From: Myxococcota bacterium
GTDB lineage: Bacteria; Myxococcota_A; UBA796; UBA2385
Length of the DNA: 64,000 nucleotides
Direction: 5' to 3'
Assembly (NCBI GenBank): GCA_044344255.1
Contig: JBIJDH010000003.1
Span: 448,001 to 512,000 of the forward strand
Below the pieces are notes generated by a model. The model saw only the letters and a list, made by a program, of their open reading frames with translations. It searched no databases and was not told the origin of the DNA. This document shows, in pieces, positions 56,904-64,000 of this stretch; positions within the stretch are counted from its first letter, which is position 1, and the number at the start of each line of letters is the position of its first letter. The translations under genes were made by a program, and so were the position numbers.

Positions 56904-58115
56904 GTGGAGTACAACCTTGCTCCATTCGTATCTGGAGCGCGCGCCGTGTCCGAGCCCGAACCCGCCCTCGGGGCCCCGCCCGCCGCCGCGCCCGGGGAGG
57001 CCCCCCCGCCCACCCCGCCGTCCCCGCGCCGGCGCCTGAGCTTCGGGAAGCGGCTCCTGTTCTCCATCCTGGTGACGCTGGCGGTCTTTGTCGGGGCGGA
57101 GGGGATCCTGCGGCTGACCATCCCCGTGGCCCGACACGCCTCCTTACCGAATGAGATGATCGAGGCACACCTCAAAGGCGCCGCCTTTCGATACGACCCC
57201 GACCTCTATTGGTATTGGCCCGAGGGCTTCGGCGGGCCGGTCAATGAGTTTGGCTTCGTGCGCACGAAGAAGATGACGATGCAGAAGCCGGAGGGCGTCA
57301 CGCGCGTGGTCACCTTCGGCGACAGCCAGACCTTCGGGGCCGGCATGACCCCCGACAAGACCTACTCCGCCTTCGCCGAAGGCGCGATGGGGCCGGGGTG
57401 GGAGGTGCTCAACGCCGGCATCAGCGGCTATCGGACCCTCAACGTCTATCGGCTGCTGCAGCTCCGCATCGAGGCCTTCGATCCGGACGCGATCATCATC
57501 GACTGCATGCCCTTCGACAGCCCGCGGGACGACGGCCCGATCGTCGGCCGCAAGCTCAGTCGAAATCCGGCCGCAGAATTCTTGAGACAGACCCTGTGGA
57601 CCAGCCGGATCTATTACCTGCTCCGCTTGGGGCTCGAGAAGCTGAACCCCGAGCGGCCGCGCTGGCTCGATCAAGCCACCGAGCGGCGGCATGTGCCGGA
57701 GGGGCTCGGCAACCACGATCGCATCGCCGAGTGGGGGAAGGAGCACGGCGTGGAGGTGATCTTCATGCAGTATGCGATCATGGATGAGATGAACAATTAC
57801 GGCTGCATGACGAACCCGGGGGAGCTCCCCCCCGACCACTACATCGTCCCCACCTGTGAACGGCTGAAGGCCAGCGGCTACCCTGCGATCAAGCTCTATC
57901 AGGACCGCAACCACCTGACGGAGCTCGGCAACCGGCTCGTGGGCGACGTTGTGGCGGAGACGTTGAAGTCCTGGGTCGCCGGAGCGCCCCGGCCGGGCTT
58001 CGTGGAGGCGAAGCAGACGCAGGCGCCCTACCGCCCGCCGGACCCCAACCACGCGCCGGGCCCGCCGAGCCCGAGTGGGCTGGTCGTCCCGCCCGGCCCG
58101 GCGGCGACGCCCTGA
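56904..58115 (+). CDS. Membrane-anchored SGNH/GDSL-fold protein
   Basis: AEGILRL TM, VNEFGF, FGDSQTFG, LNAGISGY, QDRNHLT. Confidence 0.85.
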   Translation: MEYNLAPFVSGARAVSEPEPALGAPPAAAPGEAPPPTPPSPRRRLSFGKRLLFSILVTLAVFVGAEGILRLTIPVARHASLPNEMIEAHLKGAAFRYDPDLYWYWPEGFGGPVNEFGFVRTKKMTMQKPEGVTRVVTFGDSQTFGAGMTPDKTYSAFAEGAMGPGWEVLNAGISGYRTLNVYRLLQLRIEAFDPDAIIIDCMPFDSPRDDGPIVGRKLSRNPAAEFLRQTLWTSRIYYLLRLGLEKLNPERPRWLDQATERRHVPEGLGNHDRIAEWGKEHGVEVIFMQYAIMDEMNNYGCMTNPGELPPDHYIVPTCERLKASGYPAIKLYQDRNHLTELGNRLVGDVVAETLKSWVAGAPRPGFVEAKQTQAPYRPPDPNHAPGPPSPSGLVVPPGPAATP

Positions 58116-58155
58116 TGCGCCCCCTCGAGGGGGCCGGCCGAGGCGGGCGGGGAAC

Positions 58156-60165
58156 ATGAGCCTGCTCCCCCACACGCGAGGCCGCCTCTTTCGGCTCACC
58201 CTGGGTGGGGCCTTGATGGCGCCGGCCTCGGTCTCGGCCATACGGAACGCGCCCTTCTTGAGAGAGGCGCTCAAGTGGGAGCCCTTGCTCTATGGGGTCT
58301 GGTCGATCGGGCTGCTGGGGCTGCTCCTCGCTGCTGGTGAGCTCCTCGGTGGGCTGCTGCCCGGCGCCGCGCCGCCGGTGCGACCGCGCCCGGTCGTGCG
58401 CCGCTGGCCGGTGGACGCTCTCTTGTCCTCGCTGCTCGTCGGGCTGGGGCTCGCGGTCATGGGCGCCTGGGGGACCATCGCCAACCCGGAGCAGATCCTC
58501 TCCGGCTACGACTACAACACCTACGCGCTCAACGCGATGGCCGCGACCACCGGGGAGTGGCGGCTCTACAACCCTGACAAGCACGTCTTTCACGCCCGGG
58601 TGGTCGCCTGGCTGTTCGGGCGGGGCGATCAGCAGGCCGGGATGGTGGACCTCTCGGTGACCTGCACCGCCCTGCTCCCCGCGCTGACCTACCTCCTCGC
58701 GCGGCGGGCGGGGGGCCGCACTGCCGCCCTGCTGGCCGCCCTGCTGGTGCTCGCCTGTCCCCTGATCTGGCCCTTCACCACCCAGACGACGACCTATCCC
58801 CTCTTCTATGCCCTGATCACGGCCGCTTCGGCGGCGCTGCTCTGGCTGTTGCAGCGGCCGAGCCTTGGGGCCGCCCTGCTCTTCGGCCTCCTCGGCGGGG
58901 CCGCCGCGGCGACCCAGGAGAAGGCCGTGATCCACCTCGCGCCGCTGCTCGGGCTGGTCAGCCTCTTGGGGCTCCCGTCTTTCATCCGAGCGCTCCGGGC
59001 TCGTCCGTGGCGGACGATCGGTCGCCTCTCGATCGTCGTGGCCCTCGCCCTCGGGCTGGTGGTGGGCGTCCTCCGCGGGACGGCGCCACCAATGGAGTAC
59101 ACGCCCTTCGTGTCCCTGCTCACCAACCAGCGGGAGGAGGTCCACCTCCATGTGCCGTACACTTGGGCGGAGGTGAAGACCCCCGACGTGAACGATCCGG
59201 CGGGCCTCCGCGCCTATCTGCCGGTCTGGCTCTGGGACGGCGAGATCGAGAGCTGGGTGGCCGCGGTGCGCACGCCGGCGGACTCCCTCTCGCTCCGTAA
59301 GCGCCGCTCGCGAGACGGGCGGGAGCCGCCGTGGTGGGTGGTGCCGAACACCTCGATCGCGCCCGTGGAGCTCCGACTGCAATCGAACCTCCGCGAGGTG
59401 CGACAGATCTACGGCCCGCTGCCCGAGGCGGGGGCGGCGCTCGTCATCTTCGGGGCGCTGGGCCTCCTCACCCTCGGCGCCGGGCGCGCCCGCTGGGCGG
59501 CGGGGCTCACCGGTGTCTTGCTCTCGGGGCTCGCGCCCCTCACGCTTCGCTTCGGGATCCACTACTACCCACAGCTGGTGCCGATCGTCGGCACTCTGGC
59601 GATGGCGGGCCTCGACGCCATCGTGTGTTGGCTCCTGCCCGGCGGGTGGCGGTGGCTCGGTCGAGCGCCGCTGGTCTGGATAGGGCTCGCTTATGCCCTG
59701 GCCTGGTGGAGCGGCGACGCTGCGGCCTGGGAGCGGCCGGCGCTGGCCTTTCCACCGCCCACGGCGATCCCCCACGAGGACCCGGGTGGCTATGCCTTGA
59801 ACTTGAAGCGCGTCGGCGAGTGGATCGCGGCCGCGCCGAACCCGGGGCCGATCATCGACTGTGTTCCCGGGAGCATGCTGCTCGTGCTGCCCTTTGATCC
59901 TCGTCTCTCCCACTCCCTCGGCGATGGCGCCTGCCTCGAGGGCCTCCGCGTCGCTGTGCCTGGCCAGTGGCTCGTGGCCTCTGGCCACCTCGAGTATCGA
60001 GGGCCCAACACACCCGATCCGCGCGCGCTCGTCAAGGGCGGAGGCTGGCGGGCGGTCGGCGGCTGGGACGGGCGCTTCGGCGCGGTCTCTACCGAGCAGA
60101 CTCGCTTCTCTCGGACCGCGGTGGTGGTCCTCGAGCGGACGGCGGAGGCCGCAACGGCGCCTTGA
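58156..60165 (+). CDS. Multi-TM GT-C-like glycosyltransferase
   Basis: Many TMs; GYDYNTY loop after an early TM; TYLLARRAGGRTAALLAALLV; context among glycan-tailoring genes. Confidence 0.55.
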   Translation: MSLLPHTRGRLFRLTLGGALMAPASVSAIRNAPFLREALKWEPLLYGVWSIGLLGLLLAAGELLGGLLPGAAPPVRPRPVVRRWPVDALLSSLLVGLGLAVMGAWGTIANPEQILSGYDYNTYALNAMAATTGEWRLYNPDKHVFHARVVAWLFGRGDQQAGMVDLSVTCTALLPALTYLLARRAGGRTAALLAALLVLACPLIWPFTTQTTTYPLFYALITAASAALLWLLQRPSLGAALLFGLLGGAAAATQEKAVIHLAPLLGLVSLLGLPSFIRALRARPWRTIGRLSIVVALALGLVVGVLRGTAPPMEYTPFVSLLTNQREEVHLHVPYTWAEVKTPDVNDPAGLRAYLPVWLWDGEIESWVAAVRTPADSLSLRKRRSRDGREPPWWVVPNTSIAPVELRLQSNLREVRQIYGPLPEAGAALVIFGALGLLTLGAGRARWAAGLTGVLLSGLAPLTLRFGIHYYPQLVPIVGTLAMAGLDAIVCWLLPGGWRWLGRAPLVWIGLAYALAWWSGDAAAWERPALAFPPPTAIPHEDPGGYALNLKRVGEWIAAAPNPGPIIDCVPGSMLLVLPFDPRLSHSLGDGACLEGLRVAVPGQWLVASGHLEYRGPNTPDPRALVKGGGWRAVGGWDGRFGAVSTEQTRFSRTAVVVLERTAEAATAP

Positions 60166-60199
60166 GCGGCCCGCCTGCGCGGGGGCGACCGTAGGGCGC

Positions 60200-61729
60200 T
60201 CAGCCCGGACCGGCGCCCGCTCGAGCCTGGAGCCGCCCCATCGCGTGGCGCGCCATCTGCCGGGCGTAGTGCTCGGCGTACTGGCGGTGGCTGGGGTGGC
60301 GGTTCGCGAAGCCGAGCGCGACGTCGCCGGCCATCGACAGGGAGCGGAGGAGCGGCAGGGGGAGGGGGGCGAACCACTCGGCGCGAGCCCGCTCCCGGAG
60401 GGCGCCGGGCAGGCCGGGGAGCACCCGGAAGAGCGCCTCGTAGTTGGCGAAGCGGCGGAGCTCGGCGGGGTCGTGGATGGCGCCCTGGTCGTGGAAGGTC
60501 GAGGACAGGCCGCGCTCCAGGCGCGCGTGCTCCTCGGGGGAGAGGAGGCCGTCGGCGAGGGCCTTCTCCGTCATCTCCACCCCGGGGAGCCAGGTCATCC
60601 AGTAGGTGCTGATGCGCTTCGGCGGGTGAGCCACGTAGAAGCGCCGCGCCACCTCCTGGGCGTCCGCCGGCTCGCCGGCGCCGCCGAAGATGTGGTCGCC
60701 CCGCACGCCGATGCCCGCCGCCCGGAAGGCGTCGAGGGCCCAGGCGACGTCTCCCACCTTCTCGTATCGGCGCATCGTGCGGTGCTTGTACTGTTCGTCG
60801 AGGCTCTGGATGCCGATCTGGACCCAGGTGCAGCCCGCCTCCTTCATCCAGTCGACGATGTCCTGATCGACATACTTGGGGTGGGACAGGCACATCCAGG
60901 GGAGCTTGATCTCGCGCTTGTAGGCGTCGAGGAAGCGCTTCAGCCACGGCTTGTCGACCGTGAAGATGTCGTCTTCGAAGTCGATGAAGCGGAGCGACCA
61001 GCGCCTCCGGGCCGCCTGGAGCTCGCCGATGACATGCTCGACCGAGCGCTGCCGCACGTACCGACCGCCCTTCACACCGGAGCGCGCCGGGAGCTTCGCC
61101 CAGAAATTGTTGAAGCAGAAGGTGCAGCGATAGGGGCAGCCCCGGCCGGTGATGGTCATGTAAGGGTCACCGACGGCGAATTCGTCGGCGTAGAGGTCTT
61201 TGTCGGGGAAGGGCAGGGCGTCGAGGTCTTGGATGAAGCCCGTGGCGGGGCCCCGGATGACCGCCCCGTCGGCGGCCTTGAACCAGACGTTGGGGACGGC
61301 CTCGCCCATCCCTTCCGCCCACCGCTCGAGGAGGGCCGGGAAGGCCTCGTCGCCCTCGCCGATGCAGACGGCGTCGACCGCGTCCTCGGCGATGACCACC
61401 TCGGGGACCGCGGAGGGGTGCACCCCGCCGAAGAGCACGCGGGCGCCGGTGGCGGCGCGAATGGCCGCGGCCATGCGCAGCCCGGCCTGGTAGGTGCTCG
61501 TGAGCACCGACATCGCCACCACGTCGGGGCGGAGCGCGATCGCGCGCGAGATGAGCTCGGCCTCGCGGTCAAACAGGCGGGCGAGGGCGGGGACGCTGAG
61601 CTGGAACCGATCGTCGAAGAGGGAAGGGTTGAAGACGAGCTCGACCTCGTGGCCGGCGCGCTTGAGCACCGCGGAGAGCAGCTCCACGCCGATCTGCTCC
61701 GAGCCGATGCCAAGGAAGACGATCCGCAT
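60200..61729 (-). CDS. B12-binding-domain radical SAM protein
   Basis: IGVELLSAVLK, GGVHPS, GEGD, TGRGCPYRCTFC, IGIQS. Confidence 0.92.
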   Translation of the reverse strand: MRIVFLGIGSEQIGVELLSAVLKRAGHEVELVFNPSLFDDRFQLSVPALARLFDREAELISRAIALRPDVVAMSVLTSTYQAGLRMAAAIRAATGARVLFGGVHPSAVPEVVIAEDAVDAVCIGEGDEAFPALLERWAEGMGEAVPNVWFKAADGAVIRGPATGFIQDLDALPFPDKDLYADEFAVGDPYMTITGRGCPYRCTFCFNNFWAKLPARSGVKGGRYVRQRSVEHVIGELQAARRRWSLRFIDFEDDIFTVDKPWLKRFLDAYKREIKLPWMCLSHPKYVDQDIVDWMKEAGCTWVQIGIQSLDEQYKHRTMRRYEKVGDVAWALDAFRAAGIGVRGDHIFGGAGEPADAQEVARRFYVAHPPKRISTYWMTWLPGVEMTEKALADGLLSPEEHARLERGLSSTFHDQGAIHDPAELRRFANYEALFRVLPGLPGALRERARAEWFAPLPLPLLRSLSMAGDVALGFANRHPSHRQYAEHYARQMARHAMGRLQARAGAGPG

Positions 61730-61818
61730 CGGCCGGTCCTAACCCGCGCCAGCGGCCCGCCGAGGGGATATCCCGGCTGCCGCCCCCAGCGCTGGCCGGG
61801 CGGGCGCGAGGAGGCGGG

Positions 61819-62640
61819 GTGAACCTCAAGCTGCTGCTGCCGACCCTCCGCGCGCGCCGCCGCTTCGTGCTCGAGGCCGTGGGCCGCCACGCGCCCGCCG
61901 GGGCCGCCCTGCTCGATGTGGGCTGCGGGGAGGCCGATCTCCACGCCCCCCTCCTCCCGATCCTGCGCCCGCGCGGCGCCACCCTGATCGGCTGCGACCG
62001 CGACCCGGGTGACGTCGCCTTCGCCGCCGCGCGCGCGACGCCCGAGCCCTCGCTCCGGTACCGCGTCGCGGACGCGCTCGACCTCCCCTTCTCGGATGCC
62101 TCCTTCGATTTGGTGCTCTGCGTCGACGTCATCGAGCATGTGGGCGCGCCCACCGCCCTGCTCGGGGAGCTCCACCGGGTGCTGCGGCCGGGGGGCCACC
62201 TCGTCCTCACCTGCCCCTCGGCCGACTTCCCCTTCACCTATGACCCGATCCACCGCATCATCGGCCTCGGTCGCGGGCCCGGCTTCGGGGCGCGGGCCTA
62301 TGGCCACGACTGGCTGCCCACCCCGGCCGAGCTCGAGCGCTGGCTGCCCGCGGCCGGCCTCGACGTGATCCTGCGGGCTCGGCTCACGGGCCCCCTCGCC
62401 GCGCTGACCGAGCTCTATTGGGCGGGGCTCCTCCAGCGGGCCCTGAAGGTGAACGCCGACAACCGCGGCCAGGGTGGCGGGCGCGGGCTCCGGCCGGGAG
62501 AGGGTGAGGGCCGCCTGCACCGGGCCGTGGACGCCCTCGACGCCCTCGATCGGGCCCTCCAGGGGGAGGGTGGGCGCTCGGTGGGCCTCGGCTTCGTCAG
62601 CCGCCGTCGCCCGCCGGGGGCGGTGCCGCACCCTCGATGA
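61819..62640 (+). CDS. Class I SAM-dependent methyltransferase
   Basis: LLDVGCGE, DALDLPFSDASFDLV, VIEHV, RVLRPGG. Confidence 0.92.
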   Translation: MNLKLLLPTLRARRRFVLEAVGRHAPAGAALLDVGCGEADLHAPLLPILRPRGATLIGCDRDPGDVAFAAARATPEPSLRYRVADALDLPFSDASFDLVLCVDVIEHVGAPTALLGELHRVLRPGGHLVLTCPSADFPFTYDPIHRIIGLGRGPGFGARAYGHDWLPTPAELERWLPAAGLDVILRARLTGPLAALTELYWAGLLQRALKVNADNRGQGGGRGLRPGEGEGRLHRAVDALDALDRALQGEGGRSVGLGFVSRRRPPGAVPHPR

Positions 62641-63568
62641 TGCCGCGCCGACGCAGCTCATCGAGGATGGCTGCGGTGATGGCGACTTGCCCCTTGGCGT
62701 TGAAATGCACGTCGTCGATGTAGCCCTCAGGCGGCGGCGGCGGGTGGATGTACTCCGCGCCGAGGCGGTCGAGGCGGGCCTCGAGGCGCCGCACGATCTC
62801 GGGATCGCCCGCCGGCTCGTGGGCGAGGGCCGGGTTGCGCGGGAGCTCCACGAAGATGGCCGGCGTGCCGCGCTCGCGGGTGAGCTCGAGGATGCGTTGG
62901 ACGAAGTGCCAGGAGCCCTCGTCCTTCGCGTTTTGCGGCGCGGCGTGGCGGCGGCGCCGGGGCGGGCTCGCCTTCGCGCGGGCGCCGATGCCGGTCCAGA
63001 GCAGGTTCGCGAGGTAGGCCCGGTTCCGATAGAGGAGCGAGCTCGCCCGCAGATAGAGCTCCTCCCGACAGGCGAGGGTGGTGCAGGACCAGTCGGCCAC
63101 CTCTTGCATCGAGACCCAGTCCATGAGGTCGTAGGTCTGGGTCTGCCAGGTGAGCGCCGGCGTCGACAGGTCTCCAGTGGTGAAGATCAGCACCACGGCG
63201 TCCACCTGGGCGGGATCGAGCACGCCCCGCATGGTCAGATACCAGTCCATCGGGAAGGCGCCGGGCGCGGTCAGTCGGTGCACCTTACCGCCTCGCCCCA
63301 CCTCCTGCTCCATCCACTCGTGGTTGATCGCCTCGGTGCCGATGCAGGTCCCGAAGATGAGGATGTCGGGCCGGTCGGGGGCGAGGTTGGCCACGGCGGT
63401 CGCCGCCTTCTGCGACAGCTCGCCGGGGGGGGTGTAGCCGGCCCGCACCGCCCACTCCGAGCCCAGCACCGTCAGGAAGATCACGAAGAAGGCGATCCAG
63501 CCGGGCAGGGCCCTGGGCGCAGAGGCGAGGGGGACGAGGGGGACGAGGGAATGGGGGTCGGTCGTCAT
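62597..63568 (-). CDS. MBOAT-associated SGNH-like protein (AlgJ/DltD-like)
   Basis: N-terminal TM, ILIFGTC block I, YIDDVHFN..G block V; directly downstream of the MBOAT gene. Confidence 0.6.
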   Translation of the reverse strand: MTTDPHSLVPLVPLASAPRALPGWIAFFVIFLTVLGSEWAVRAGYTPPGELSQKAATAVANLAPDRPDILIFGTCIGTEAINHEWMEQEVGRGGKVHRLTAPGAFPMDWYLTMRGVLDPAQVDAVVLIFTTGDLSTPALTWQTQTYDLMDWVSMQEVADWSCTTLACREELYLRASSLLYRNRAYLANLLWTGIGARAKASPPRRRRHAAPQNAKDEGSWHFVQRILELTRERGTPAIFVELPRNPALAHEPAGDPEIVRRLEARLDRLGAEYIHPPPPPEGYIDDVHFNAKGQVAITAAILDELRRRGIIEGAAPPPAGDGG

Positions 63569-63586
63569 CGTGGAGCCCCGGTTCCG

Positions 63587-64000
63587 TCAGAACTGGAAGT
63601 AGATGAACTCGGTCGCGTAGGTCGAGCCGAGGAAGAGGATCGCGACGGTGACCGTGGCGTAGAGCGCGGTCTGCGCCGGACGGGGCCAGGTGAGCTGGGC
63701 GAAGGTGCCACCCCCCCGCTCCTGGATGAGCTCGAGCAGCAGCACCGGGGAGACCAGCGCGGCGAAGAGGCGCAGGTGCGCGAGGTCGCTCCCTCGGGGC
63801 TGCAGGCCGTGCCCGAGCTCGGAGAGCAGGGAGCCGAGGGTGCGGAGATCGGTGGCCCGGAAGAACATGAAGCCGACCATCGTGACGTGGAACGTGAGGA
63901 TGGCGAGCACCCAGCCGGGCACGCGCGGGCGGGGGAGGAGCCGCCCGAGCACGAGGGCGAGGCCATGCCAGGCCCCCCAGAGGAGGTAGGTCCAATTGGC
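63587..64000 (-). CDS. MBOAT family O-acyltransferase (AlgI/PatA-like), 5' end beyond window
   Basis: ANWTYLLWGAWHG, TFHVTMVGFMFFRA, C-terminal FIYFQF. Confidence 0.9.
   Translation of the reverse strand, partial: ANWTYLLWGAWHGLALVLGRLLPRPRVPGWVLAILTFHVTMVGFMFFRATDLRTLGSLLSELGHGLQPRGSDLAHLRLFAALVSPVLLLELIQERGGGTFAQLTWPRPAQTALYATVTVAILFLGSTYATEFIYFQF

Overview
Very GC-rich, gene-dense bacterial window, probably from a Myxococcota-like organism (inferred from the GC content, Cys-rich and Asp-Ala/Ser-repeat lipoproteins, FG-GAP/ASPIC proteins, sigma-54 circuitry and a MoxR ternary system). About 52 CDSs are supported. I saw no rRNA, tRNA, CRISPR array, integrase or transposase. In order: (1) a defence-island edge with EcoKI-like type I R-M genes (hsdR, partial hsdM) and a DUF6088/AbiEi-like antitoxin whose toxin partner appears truncated; (2) a hemerythrin-GGDEF cyclase, an atypical Fpg/Nei glycosylase, and alkB with a divergent TetR and a visible operator; (3) a four-gene MoxR-vWA-beta-propeller (bpX5/bpX6-like) ternary conflict system coupled by NTGA overlaps; (4) two head-to-head CRTAC1/ASPIC-UnbV paralogues with an 11-bp-periodic GTCA repeat between them; (5) the best novelty candidate, a four-gene module present twice in rearranged order (non-canonical sulfatase-like enzyme, membrane-anchored EF-hand protein, two tiny membrane proteins), flanking a sulfotransferase and next to a B12 radical SAM gene; (6) a sigma-54 oxygen-sensing circuit (globin kinase, NtrC-type activator, Cys-rich Crp/Fnr, USP) with two near-consensus -24/-12 promoters; (7) housekeeping and envelope genes, including a catalytically dead M1 peptidase homologue; (8) a MoxR-DUF58-vWA operon; (9) a surface-glycan tailoring cluster (SGNH proteins, GT-C enzymes, radical SAM, methyltransferase, MBOAT). 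All family calls come from motif recognition by eye; no database searches were run.
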